A stretch of 63,906 bases of DNA. Origin: a virus (lineage: Duplodnaviria > Caudoviricetes). The position numbers and the translations under genes were made by a program. The stretch is from IMG/VR virus record IMGVR_UViG_3300037325_000356, positions 1 through 63,906 of that record, one strand, 5' to 3'. Below are positions 30,138-39,832 of this stretch, one piece after another (position 1 is the first letter of the stretch; every line of letters begins with the position of its first letter). A model generated the notes under the pieces. The model searched no databases. It was not told the origin of the DNA and was given only the letters and a program-made list of their open reading frames with translations.

Positions 30138-30674
30138 ATGAAAATTCAAGAATTAAGAACGATCGCAAAAATTTTAGGGGTCAAGGCAACTGACGGGCGG
30201 CGCGCTGTTTCAATCTATAAAGCTATTAGAGAGTTTCACTCCTCAGTCACAAACGGACGGGAACGCATCGAGAGTGTCAAACTGAAAAGAGCGTATAGAG
30301 CAGCCTCTGCAATGCAGTCAGCAGACAACGGATTTAAAATCATGTTGCAAGAACAAATCCAAATCCTGAAAAAGTTGATGGTTCCAGTGATGTTTGAGGC
30401 GTTCAGGTTTGACACTGCGACTACTTTGGGAGTCATCAAAATTAAAGGCGAGAACGTATTCTTCAGGTGCTATTGTGGTCTTCCCGGCACGCAATTATGT
30501 AGCACTCCAAAATATTGTCAGGTAACTTTTGAAAAAACGTTTTCAGACGGACATTCTAAAGAAGCCGTCAAGACACTAGCGGGTTTTGTAGAATCTGAAT
30601 ATAGCGAAGCCTGGGATGCTTACACTCTGTACAAAACAGGTACAAGAGCGTCAGAGCGGGTATTGGCTCAATAG
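30138..30674 (+). CDS. Hypothetical protein
   Basis: IQELRTIAKILGVK N-terminus is Rho-N/HeH-like. Confidence 0.65.
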   Translation: MKIQELRTIAKILGVKATDGRRAVSIYKAIREFHSSVTNGRERIESVKLKRAYRAASAMQSADNGFKIMLQEQIQILKKLMVPVMFEAFRFDTATTLGVIKIKGENVFFRCYCGLPGTQLCSTPKYCQVTFEKTFSDGHSKEAVKTLAGFVESEYSEAWDAYTLYKTGTRASERVLAQ

Positions 30675-30728
30675 ATAGCAATCCCCGTCTTGAAAGACGG
30701 GGGAAATCCCGGTGCTCTTGAAAACTAT

Positions 30729-32069
30729 TTAAGGGATTTGCTGAGGTATGCCGGGTGCTGTTGTCTCGGTCAAAGTTATCAGACTAATAAACTCGCTGCC
30801 TCTGTAACAATTTCTAGCTTCATCCGGTGAAATAATGCCAGAGTCTATTAAAATCTTTGATCGTTCTGCTGCTTCTTTCTCTATTTGGATCTGCTCCACA
30901 TCGGAGATATAGCTACCAGTTGGAAATACTACCGCTATTTTCAATTTATCGCCTATTACGGGTGCATCCTTTGCGTTCGTGCAAATTTCAAGAATATATT
31001 CTAAATGTGATCGCCATTGTGTCTCCTTGTAGGATTTGACGCGATCTTTCCAGTCGGATTGTGCTATGTGCACAGTATTTACAGAGTTAGACAACCCGCC
31101 GCCCGTCTGATCGTTAAACATACGCCAGCGAGGGATATTAGTAGCAGAAGAAAGAGCATCTTTTAAGCTTTCTAAAATGTCTTTAGCACCGCCCCATGTC
31201 CGACTAATCATCTCGATTTTTTCGTTGTCTAAATCGTGGGCAATACTGCGAGAGATAGATCGATTCATGTCTATACTCAAAAGCCGCGAAAAAAGCCCTT
31301 GAATGCCGCCCTGAGTACCGGAAAAGTTATCAGTTCGTAATGCTTGACCTAAGCCTTTAATACCAATTGTTAGGAAATTATAATCTGCTAACATTGCAGC
31401 GCTGGCGACATTTCCCATTTCCCATCTTGAAAAAGCTGTGAAAATATTTTGCAGCACCGAGTCAGAATTTGGTTCTAATTTACCGTCTTGATCGTAAAGA
31501 GGCACTCCACAAAACCTAAGGATGCGATCAGGATGCCACAAAACGCCGTTTACCTCATAAAGATCCTCTTTTCGTGTTACTTGACGGCTTAAACTGACTC
31601 CTACAAACGCATCGATCCGGTTAAAATCGACAGGTTTATCTGTGTCCTGTCCGTCTGCTATTCCTAGCAATAAATAACAGTCTCCAAAGCGACGTGCTAG
31701 AATAGATGCTCTTTCAAAATAATCCTTTAAATTTCGACAGTCATCATTTATTAATCTGGTAGCTTTCTGGCCTAGACTCATATAAACAAACAAATCTGAA
31801 ACGTCTGCTGTATCACTTGTCAGAAGAAACCAACTTTTAGCCGCTTCGGATGGATAACATTCTACCACGTTATTTAAGAGTCCGTTGTCTCTACATAACG
31901 ATTGACATTCTTCTACAGATAACCTCTCAGTTGGTGCGATCGCTACGCTTGCGGATTTATCGCGGCTGCTCCCCAAACCAGTGTTAGAATTCCTTAAACC
32001 GCCCAAAGCTCGCATAATACCAGCAGAATCAAGTCTCAAGTCGTTTGTTTTTGTGTGATTTCTTGCCAT
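30729..32069 (-). CDS. Portal protein (DUF1073-like)
   Basis: TGLGSSRDK, ARRFGDCYLL, WHPDRIL, TNIP, LIDSGIISPDEAR. Confidence 0.85.
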   Translation of the reverse strand: MARNHTKTNDLRLDSAGIMRALGGLRNSNTGLGSSRDKSASVAIAPTERLSVEECQSLCRDNGLLNNVVECYPSEAAKSWFLLTSDTADVSDLFVYMSLGQKATRLINDDCRNLKDYFERASILARRFGDCYLLLGIADGQDTDKPVDFNRIDAFVGVSLSRQVTRKEDLYEVNGVLWHPDRILRFCGVPLYDQDGKLEPNSDSVLQNIFTAFSRWEMGNVASAAMLADYNFLTIGIKGLGQALRTDNFSGTQGGIQGLFSRLLSIDMNRSISRSIAHDLDNEKIEMISRTWGGAKDILESLKDALSSATNIPRWRMFNDQTGGGLSNSVNTVHIAQSDWKDRVKSYKETQWRSHLEYILEICTNAKDAPVIGDKLKIAVVFPTGSYISDVEQIQIEKEAAERSKILIDSGIISPDEARNCYRGSEFISLITLTETTAPGIPQQIP

Positions 32070-32099
32070 AATTAAATAACCCTTTTATTTATTATTGAT

Positions 32100-32465
32100 G
32101 TGTCTATTATCAAATTTACCAGCAAAATGTCAGGGTTTCCGAGAAAGGGATCATTTAGAGCAACACAGACTGAGATAGCCTCAAAAATCAAAAGCGATCT
32201 GAAGCGGAAATATAAAGATGCCTCGGATTTTAACGGGGCAGCCTGGGTTCCCAAAAAAGGATCAGGACAGTTACTGATTGATACGGGTGAGACTTACGGA
32301 TCGTTAACATCTGCAAGTAACACGGTATCAATTGCAGGCAAAATGATCTACCATCAAGACGGCACGAGCAAGCTCCCCGCCCGCCCTATTATTGGGGTAG
32401 GTAAAGATCAGGAAGATATCGCGATCAAATTAGTAGAAGAAAGAATCAATGAACTGTTTAATTGA
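32100..32465 (+). CDS. Virion morphogenesis protein (P2 gpS/Mu gpG-like)
   Basis: GAAW...LLIDTG...YHQDGTSKLPARPIIG. Confidence 0.85.
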   Translation: MSIIKFTSKMSGFPRKGSFRATQTEIASKIKSDLKRKYKDASDFNGAAWVPKKGSGQLLIDTGETYGSLTSASNTVSIAGKMIYHQDGTSKLPARPIIGVGKDQEDIAIKLVEERINELFN

Positions 32466-32479
32466 AAGAAGCTAAAAAA

Positions 32480-32977
32480 ATGACTAAAAAACGAGCCTAT
32501 TCACAAGGTAGTAAAACGCAAATAAAATCTCTATCGCCTCAAGAAAAAATTGCAATTATCCTACACTCTCCCAAAGCTGAACAAAGGAAATTGATAGAAG
32601 CGCAAGCGAGACAGATCTGGTTGGAGTGTTTGTTTCAAACACACACAGAAACAACGGTAACAACAGAGATAGAAGAGACAGAAGAAAGACAGCAAATTTT
32701 CGGAGGAGGAAACCCAGACGGTGAGATTATAACTAATAGAACTACAAAGAAAGTCACTACCAAAGTGACAACGCCTAAAGTGCCATTGTGGGCCATAAAG
32801 GCTGCGTTTACTCTTGACTGGTCAATGACTGGAAAGTTTAACGAATTGTCAGCAATTGCTGTTTGTGTAGAAGCCGGGTTAATGCCAGAATCTACATTAG
32901 ATTTAGTAGTAGATTATACTACCAATTTTTCTAAAAAAGTATTAGAATCGACTGTAGGAGAGGATAGCCAACCATGA
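32480..32977 (+). CDS. Hypothetical protein, possibly terminase small subunit
   Basis: Thr-rich beta hairpin; function is speculative. Confidence 0.45.
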   Translation: MTKKRAYSQGSKTQIKSLSPQEKIAIILHSPKAEQRKLIEAQARQIWLECLFQTHTETTVTTEIEETEERQQIFGGGNPDGEIITNRTTKKVTTKVTTPKVPLWAIKAAFTLDWSMTGKFNELSAIAVCVEAGLMPESTLDLVVDYTTNFSKKVLESTVGEDSQP

Positions 32978-33441
32978 AGAAATACGTACATAGAAGACAA
33001 TGGGATAATTACTATTACCCGTCAAGTAGTTGCGTTTTAACGTGTTTATCTATGGCGATATCAGAGCCGACTAACACTATAACGCCTGATGATTTATATC
33101 TAGCAGCTAAGCTCAGAAATTGGGATAGATTAGATCCTGAGACTTTAGATAGGTTATCAATAATTTACAGCAAGCGGTACAAGCTTAACAAAGATTTATC
33201 AACAGAACAATTACAGCCGGGCGTTATTCTTTATGGGAACTGGACAGCAGGAGGGCATTGTGTCTTAGTGACAGACACTACGATTTCTGATATAATATAT
33301 AATGATCCGTTAGGATATCGAACAGAAGCGGGTTACGATTACAATCTATTGGGAGAGAGAGTCAATGTTAGCAAACAATCAATCACAGCCTTTGTCGGAA
33401 ATCAAGGGGAAATCTGGGGGCATTTACCGATTTCAAATTGA
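32974..33441 (+). CDS. C39-like cysteine peptidase
   Basis: Q...SSCVLT, GHCVLV, YNDP. Confidence 0.75.
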   Translation: MKKYVHRRQWDNYYYPSSSCVLTCLSMAISEPTNTITPDDLYLAAKLRNWDRLDPETLDRLSIIYSKRYKLNKDLSTEQLQPGVILYGNWTAGGHCVLVTDTTISDIIYNDPLGYRTEAGYDYNLLGERVNVSKQSITAFVGNQGEIWGHLPISN

Positions 33442-33925
33442 TCGTTTTTGGGAGGGGGAATGGGTGAGCCCAAAAACGATGAAGGCAACATCGGATCGGC
33501 GTTTGATCGAACTGTCAACAAGGGAGTATTTAAGTTTAGTTACTTCAGTATCAACAACCGGAAATATTCAGGAAGATATCAAGGCTCATCAGAAAGTTAA
33601 CAGCCTGTTATTAGGTCGGGAATATCCGCATTTTGGGGTAACGGGTGTTAAGACTGTCTATTATCTTTTGTGCTTACGGGGAGAGTATGGTGCGACCTAT
33701 AATGCAGTTAAAACATTAGATGAAATAAAAGGGATTATAGGCGGATCCAAAGATTATAGCACCGCTTCCGATCTGTTTTGGAAAGAGTGCATAGCACGAA
33801 TACTAGAGAAGGATCCGTTTCATCGAAAAAAAATGTATAGTTTTAGTGAAAACGAGCGCGCGATCTGGGTTCGGTTTTATCGAAAATCGGCAGCATCTTG
33901 TAATAAAAAGAGGAAGGTTTGCTAA
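33365..33925 (+). CDS. Hypothetical protein (start uncertain)
   Basis: Fills the operon; its stop overlaps the next ATG. Confidence 0.55.
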   Translation: MLANNQSQPLSEIKGKSGGIYRFQIDRFWEGEWVSPKTMKATSDRRLIELSTREYLSLVTSVSTTGNIQEDIKAHQKVNSLLLGREYPHFGVTGVKTVYYLLCLRGEYGATYNAVKTLDEIKGIIGGSKDYSTASDLFWKECIARILEKDPFHRKKMYSFSENERAIWVRFYRKSAASCNKKRKVC

Positions 33926-34494
33926 TGCCAGATGATAGAATCCCAAACGCATTAAAAGGTGATCCAAGGTTTGAAGACTTCCTAAAAGTTTTTGACTATT
34001 TACGGGGATTATTGCCGGAAGATTTACGGCTTTATGATGTCGAGAATGCACCGGAATCAGCATTGTATGAGTTAGCGGCAACACTAGGAGTATTGGGATT
34101 TAAAGGTTGGTTGTTGGCTTCTAGCACAGACTCAAGACGTGATTTAGTGCGTGCTGCGATCGCATTGCATAAAGCAGCAGGCACACCATGGAGTGTCATC
34201 GAAAGTATACGGGCGGCCGGATACCCTAACAGCACCTTGATAGAAGGTGTTGATCTACCAGGTGGCGGGTTTGACCCGTGGGCGGTCACAATTGAATTAG
34301 ACTCCCTCGCTACGATCGATGTTGCCGCATCCGGTGTACCTGCGACAGTGCGAGAATTGATCGAGCAAATAGCTATCTCGTGGCTTCCGATTTATGCTCG
34401 GTTAGATGCTATCGCAGTGCGGTTAGTTCTAACCCTGAACGGTACACAACTATTAGACGGCTCTACTCTCTTGGATGGATTGCCATCTCCTTGA
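33925..34494 (+). CDS. Tail/baseplate protein I (P2 gpI-like)
   Basis: APESALYELA...RRDLVRAAIALHKAAGTPWSV. Confidence 0.9.
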   Translation: MPDDRIPNALKGDPRFEDFLKVFDYLRGLLPEDLRLYDVENAPESALYELAATLGVLGFKGWLLASSTDSRRDLVRAAIALHKAAGTPWSVIESIRAAGYPNSTLIEGVDLPGGGFDPWAVTIELDSLATIDVAASGVPATVRELIEQIAISWLPIYARLDAIAVRLVLTLNGTQLLDGSTLLDGLPSP

Positions 34495-34590
34495 TTAAAT
34501 ATTGCATTTAAGGCCTCTCAAAACCCGGCAAGACTGTCTCACCGGGTTTTGTGCTTCTTGCCTCGCTGCTGCGATATATTGGGGATGTGC

Positions 34591-34738
34591 AGAAGCGAGG
34601 TATCAATTCCTCACCTTTACTGTTGTGTCTGTCGTTTCTACCTTCTTACTATTAGTAAGAGATCCAAACGACAGACACAACAACTAGAACTCGCTTCTAG
34701 TCTACCTTTTACCTAACTCAATACATGAGTCAGGTTTT
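34591..34738 (+). repeat. Hairpin element copy 16
   Basis: Same nested palindrome and tail. Confidence 0.95.
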
Positions 34739-34830
34739 TGAAGGCGCACCGGGAAGTTGAATTTGAAAAAATAGAGTCTAGCTGTTGTGTTAGGTTAGAG
34801 CCAAACATCAAAAAAATAGGATAAAAAACA

Positions 34831-35403
34831 ATGCCAGTAATTCCGGTTAGTTACTATTATCAAACCGATAATTTATCAGGTCAAGGTTACAGGGAATGTT
34901 CTAGTACCAGTAATGCCGCACTCGCAAACCACCTACTCGGTAATCAATTTGATAGAGATGCGGCGATAAAGGGAATATCGCAGCCAGAACAGATTTATAT
35001 TGAAAGATTACGAAAATATGGCGACACAACAGATCACAACGCGAACACTCGATGTTTACAAAGTTTTGGGATAGAATCTGCATTTTTTACGAACTTAACA
35101 AATGCAGATTATTTTAAGTCGATCGCTAATAATATCCCAATGGTTTTAGGTTTAATATACAAAGGGGGTGGACACATTGTTCTAGGAGTTGGTCACAGTG
35201 AGAACAGAAAAAGTATTATTATAAATGATCCGTTTGGCAGCAGAGACGGCAAAAGCGATAATTGGTTGTCCACTTCTCCAGAATCGGGGAAAGGTGATGT
35301 TTACAGTCTGAATACTTTTAATATGCTGTGGGAGGGGCATCTTGGGCAAGGTTACGGCAGACGTGTCTATTCGGTAAACGGAATTTCTACAAATTTATCA
35401 TAG
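34831..35403 (+). CDS. C39-like peptidase, possible lysin
   Basis: YYYQTDN...RECSSTSNA, YGDTTD, GGGHIV, INDPFG. Confidence 0.8.
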   Translation: MPVIPVSYYYQTDNLSGQGYRECSSTSNAALANHLLGNQFDRDAAIKGISQPEQIYIERLRKYGDTTDHNANTRCLQSFGIESAFFTNLTNADYFKSIANNIPMVLGLIYKGGGHIVLGVGHSENRKSIIINDPFGSRDGKSDNWLSTSPESGKGDVYSLNTFNMLWEGHLGQGYGRRVYSVNGISTNLS

Positions 35404-35478
35404 TTTCCGAAACCAAAAAAAACCGGGTGATTTCCTATCAAGAAATCACCCGGTTTTTTGGCTTTGGTTCCTAATGCT

Positions 35479-36291
35479 TTAAGAGTGTGAGAGTATCAAC
35501 AGTTCCTTAACTTTTGCTCTGTCGCCTCCGATTGATCGATTAGCCATTATCTCTATCTTTTTACACAAAGGATAGCGAGATCGAACTTCTGCTGTATCCA
35601 CTTCTGATACTGCAAATTTGCAACCGGATGACAGTAGAATATATGCCATTCTGTCGGCATCGATCGCACTCCACCGCCCGCCTGCATACTCTTGAAAACC
35701 TTTCCCGTCAATCTTTGAATAGGGCGGATCACAATAGAAGAAAACATTGTCGCGGTCTTTGTATTTTGCTATTGTGTCCGCAAAGTCGCAGCAGTCAAAT
35801 TGAACATTCTCAATTTTTGCTGTTACGGCTTCAATCGTCTTTCTTACCGCATCAACAGTTGGCAATTTATCCCCTATTGGTACATTGTAATTCCCTTTTA
35901 GATTGTAGCGGCACAACCCATTAAAGGAAGTTTTCATCAGATACAGAAACAACCCAGCCATTCTATGTTTATCGTCTGTTAAACTTTGTTTCTGTTCGTT
36001 AAATGTTTGTCTCGCTTTATTGTAATTTTCGATCGAATGAATTATTGCATGAGACTCGTATTGATTAATTAAATCTTCCGGCTCGTCTCGCACCATCTGC
36101 CACAAATTTACTAGATCCGGGTTTACATCGCTTGCCGCCGCCTCGTTTTTGTTGAAATAAAGAAAGCTACCGCCGCCACCTAAAAACGGCTCTACATGAA
36201 AATTTGAGTCGCTAAAGACGTTGTATTGATTGTAGAGTTTAGATAACTCTCCCTTTCCGCCCGCCCATTTTGTCAAACTCAGATTAGCCAT
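35479..36291 (-). CDS. dam: Dam-family N6-adenine methyltransferase
   Basis: KWAGGK, EPFLGGG, FNGLCRYN, DPPY. Confidence 0.93.
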   Translation of the reverse strand: MANLSLTKWAGGKGELSKLYNQYNVFSDSNFHVEPFLGGGGSFLYFNKNEAAASDVNPDLVNLWQMVRDEPEDLINQYESHAIIHSIENYNKARQTFNEQKQSLTDDKHRMAGLFLYLMKTSFNGLCRYNLKGNYNVPIGDKLPTVDAVRKTIEAVTAKIENVQFDCCDFADTIAKYKDRDNVFFYCDPPYSKIDGKGFQEYAGGRWSAIDADRMAYILLSSGCKFAVSEVDTAEVRSRYPLCKKIEIMANRSIGGDRAKVKELLILSHS

Positions 36292-36373
36292 TGTCTGTCT
36301 CTCTCGTTTGTTTACCAGAAAACAAGTGAGACATCAACTACTTGTATAAATAATTGATGTCTCACTCTAAAAT

Positions 36374-36823
36374 CTAATCGTCTAAATAGATGTTGTTATT
36401 GCTGAAAAACTCCTCTAAATCGAAGTCTTCCCAAACACCCGATAACTCTTTTGTGTCTTTATGTGCTACGCTCCAGTGTTCTCCTACATTCCAGTACAAG
36501 CGCGCGGTTGTATTTTTGTTCAGTTCTAATTTAAACTGTTTGGCACATACAGCTTGTGGGAGCGCACCGGGCGGAAACGTGACCCCAATACCTTCTAAAG
36601 CCTCTCGAATTATGAAATACTGATCGACTTGTGGCAGTCTTGAGATAGGATTGCCACTATCTTCTAGCCTCTCAGATTCATCTTCACCGAACACCGTTAA
36701 AACTTCTTTGCGGATTTTGAGGTATTTTTGCAATTCCGCTAAAGCCTGACTCGCTTCTTTACAACTCGGTAACTTTGCGATAACTTTTCTAACTGTCTCG
36801 ACTATCGGTGCTTTCTTCTTCAT
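36374..36823 (-). CDS. Hypothetical protein
   Basis: GA-rich leader and the CCGGTA-type promoter. Confidence 0.7.
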   Translation of the reverse strand: MKKKAPIVETVRKVIAKLPSCKEASQALAELQKYLKIRKEVLTVFGEDESERLEDSGNPISRLPQVDQYFIIREALEGIGVTFPPGALPQAVCAKQFKLELNKNTTARLYWNVGEHWSVAHKDTKELSGVWEDFDLEEFFSNNNIYLDD

Positions 36824-37079
36824 TCTCAGTCTCTCTCTCGTTTGTTTTTGTTTGCTTATTTAAGACTACCATACATAAACCCTTTTTACCGGAAAGTTTT
36901 AAAAGTATTTTTAGACAGATACATTCAACCCGCTCTGACTATCTGGCGGGTGTTGGTACGTTTCCACATAACCGAGACTAACAGGGCTTTAATGCCTCAA
37001 AGAATGGCGCTACTGAGGTTTGCGGTGGAAGATAGGAGATGCGATCGCCCGATCGCCCGATCGCCCGATCGGTCAAGAC

Positions 37080-37228
37080 AGAAGCGAGGTATCAAGTCCT
37101 CATCTTTACTGTTGAGTTTGTCGTTTCTACCTTCTTACTATTAGTAAGAGATCCAAACGACAGACACAGCAACTAGAACCCGCCTCTAATCTACCTTTTA
37201 CCTGACTCAATACATGAGTCAGGTTTTG
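37080..37228 (+). repeat. Hairpin element copy 17
   Basis: Same nested palindrome and tail. Confidence 0.95.
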
Positions 37229-37291
37229 GTAAAATTGAAGGGAAAAAGTGCCACCCGCCCGGTAGGTTCCAGCTGCCCGATCGGGAGCATC

Positions 37292-37705
37292 GAGCGTTCA
37301 GACAGACTCAGCCGTGAACTCAGCCGTGAACGCATCCGAACGGTTACAGTGCGCGAGGTTCAGGCGTTCAGCCGAGCGTTCAGAAAATTTAATGAGAGGC
37401 TTTTTAGAGGCGTTCAGACACTCTGAACGACTGAATAATCGAACACCGTGCGATCGCCTCTCACCTGTACAGTGCGCGAGGTTCAGGCGTTCACGGTAGA
37501 GTTCAGCCGTATTCAGCCGTGAACGCATCTAAACGGTTACAGAGATGGGCGTTCAGGCGTTCAGCCGAGCGTTCAGCCGAGCGTTCAATACTCTGAACGC
37601 CTGAATAATCGAACACAGTGCGATCGGTTCTAACGGGTACAGTGCGCGAGGTTCAGGCGTTCACGGTAGAGTTCAGACACTCTGAACGCCTGAATAATCT
37701 AATTC
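37292..37705 (+). repeat. GCGTTCAG array D
   Basis: Homologous to arrays A-C. Confidence 0.9.
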
Positions 37706-37846
37706 AACCGCCCGATCGGTAGGTTCCAGCAGCCCCGCCGCGGGCGTGATGTTCAGGTCAAAAAACCCGCTAGATGAAGATGGTAAACGTTTACTATTTG
37801 TATCTTTACCTATTTTTTGAGAATATGGAAGTGATAGCCCCGCCCG

Positions 37847-37947
37847 ATTGCCACTTCCTCAATTGCCCATGTGTTCGTTCGTACCTTTAGACTTCTTTTT
37901 CTCGATAATTTGGTTTACGGGAATCCGCGCAGACTCCTCAAGCTTTT
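37847..37947 (-). pseudogene. Silent KilA-N segment
   Basis: KLEESARIPVNQIIEKKKSKGTNE/TWAIEEVAI; GCCACTTCCTCAATTGCCCATGT is identical to about 22038-22060. Confidence 0.7.
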
Positions 37948-38388
37948 TCAGATCCGTGGCTTGTGGTAGAAATCAATCACCACGCCATCTTCTTTAAGAA
38001 ACAGCGCGGTAGTATTTGGATCATTCTGCAAGTTCTCAAAAATTTCTATAGCTTTCCCATAGCAACCAGTTTTAAAATCCGGGAAGTCTGGGTTTGTTAT
38101 AACCGTATAAAAAGATATTTTATTTGTGTCTGGAGTTCGACACCATCTTTTGATCCGGTCTTTTGTTGGGTTTTTTTTGACATCGACATTCCGTTCAATC
38201 CAAGTTGCAGCCGCACGAGTACAACCGTGAACCTTTAAAAGGTATACAGTTCTCCGCTCTAGTTTTTTTAAGTCGTTATTGGTTCTTTCTCTTACTGAAA
38301 AACTCTCCCCAAATGAATGCTCCTGAGTTAGGAAGATCCCCCAAGATATTAATTTACTCTTTGTTTTTCCTAACAGTAAAATTTGCAT
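37948..38388 (-). CDS. Hypothetical protein
   Basis: Coupled to the upstream gene. Confidence 0.6.
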   Translation of the reverse strand: MQILLLGKTKSKLISWGIFLTQEHSFGESFSVRERTNNDLKKLERRTVYLLKVHGCTRAAATWIERNVDVKKNPTKDRIKRWCRTPDTNKISFYTVITNPDFPDFKTGCYGKAIEIFENLQNDPNTTALFLKEDGVVIDFYHKPRI

Positions 38389-38390
38389 AA

Positions 38391-39755
38391 TTAATTACTA
38401 ATCTGGTTATAGCATTTAAAAATTTTGATTCTAGTCTGCCATCCGTTATTAAGATCAAAATTGTGTATTGCACTTTGTATTAAATAGCGATCGCCCGTGC
38501 CGCCACTTGCATCTAGCGGCCATCCCCAACCGCCGCCTGATAATCTAATCGGTAATCCCGATCGACATCTAGCATCACCTTCAGACAGTTGGACTGTACC
38601 CGTCAACCTCTCCCTATTTTTTCGCTGTATCAGTAATTGACCTTTTATTCGTGCCGCTTCATTATTGAAGGGAACGTCTGATAACTCATAATTAAACCAT
38701 CTAGAACCGCCAGCAACACGGTTATCTGTCACGGATAGCCTAATCAGTTGTTTTGTTTTTTCGCGAGGCACACTAGCCGATCCTGATGAGTTGATATTCC
38801 CCGATGATGAACCGGAACCGGAACCCGAACCGGAACCGGACGCGCTGCCGCTAACATTTACACTAAAATTCTTGCCAGGTACCGTTACCTGACAAGATCC
38901 TGATACTGTTTTGCCATCACTTGTCACACCGTTAATAGTGCCATTAACAACACTACTAGAAAAACTAGAATTTCCCCCCAAACTAATATTAGGAATATTT
39001 ACGTTTGTATTGACATTTACTGATGTATTTAGATTTGCATTTCCTGATGAAATAACGGGGACGTTCCAGTTCCCCGGTTGTACGTCAACAAACCAACTTA
39101 AGACAACGCCTTTATAAATCCTATAGTCTTTTATAGTAAAAAACGTGCCATCTTTTTCGATCTGATCCTCTTCTAAGTTGAAGATAGAGGCATAACCTTC
39201 TAGTGTCGAGTATGGCGTTAAAGTTATATTCCTGTCTTCTATCTTTAGGACTAAATCAAATTCTTCAGATACTCTTTCTAAAATTTCTAAATCAGTTTCG
39301 CGACTTTGTTCTATTGAATCTTGATAATTTGGTAACTCTCCCCGGATAGACATTCCGGCTCTAAATGCGATAGCTGATGCAGCATTTGCAGGGCTGCTAT
39401 ATGTTCCCGTTCTTATCGTGGTAAGGCTTGATATATTAGGGATCGATTTGGCTGTTAAAATTACCGCATCCTCTCCCAAATCCATCTCAAAATTATCAAT
39501 CGTATAGGTTGGAGTTTCTGTTGCATAACCGGGTATAGGTTCAACACCGCCCCACGATTGCCCAAAATAAATCTTACATTTGAACCTGTCACCTAAACCT
39601 AACTCAAACAGAGAAGACTGCCATCTTATACGATTCTGCAACTTTATTTCAAATCTTGAAGCCTCCCCTAAAGTATCTTCAAATCGCCATGAAATAACAT
39701 CTTTTGCCATCTCGTCACCTTTGGGGTGATAAAAGATAATCTTAGGAAAGAACAT
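38391..39755 (-). CDS. Baseplate hub / late control protein D (P2 gpD-like)
   Basis: FEDTLGEASRFEIKL, QSRETDLEILER, RYLIQSAIHNF...GWQT. Confidence 0.85.
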   Translation of the reverse strand: MFFPKIIFYHPKGDEMAKDVISWRFEDTLGEASRFEIKLQNRIRWQSSLFELGLGDRFKCKIYFGQSWGGVEPIPGYATETPTYTIDNFEMDLGEDAVILTAKSIPNISSLTTIRTGTYSSPANAASAIAFRAGMSIRGELPNYQDSIEQSRETDLEILERVSEEFDLVLKIEDRNITLTPYSTLEGYASIFNLEEDQIEKDGTFFTIKDYRIYKGVVLSWFVDVQPGNWNVPVISSGNANLNTSVNVNTNVNIPNISLGGNSSFSSSVVNGTINGVTSDGKTVSGSCQVTVPGKNFSVNVSGSASGSGSGSGSGSSSGNINSSGSASVPREKTKQLIRLSVTDNRVAGGSRWFNYELSDVPFNNEAARIKGQLLIQRKNRERLTGTVQLSEGDARCRSGLPIRLSGGGWGWPLDASGGTGDRYLIQSAIHNFDLNNGWQTRIKIFKCYNQISN

Positions 39756-39832
39756 AAATTAATTATCCGAATCGAGGTCAAACAATTGCGTTTGTGTCAG
39801 TTACCAGACAGAGGGAAACGTAGGGGATCGGG

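Noticed and set aside
30729-32069. Anti-CBASS Acb1 label sometimes attached to this family
   Set aside because: Size and motifs fit a portal protein; no 2H phosphodiesterase HxT/S pair was recognised.
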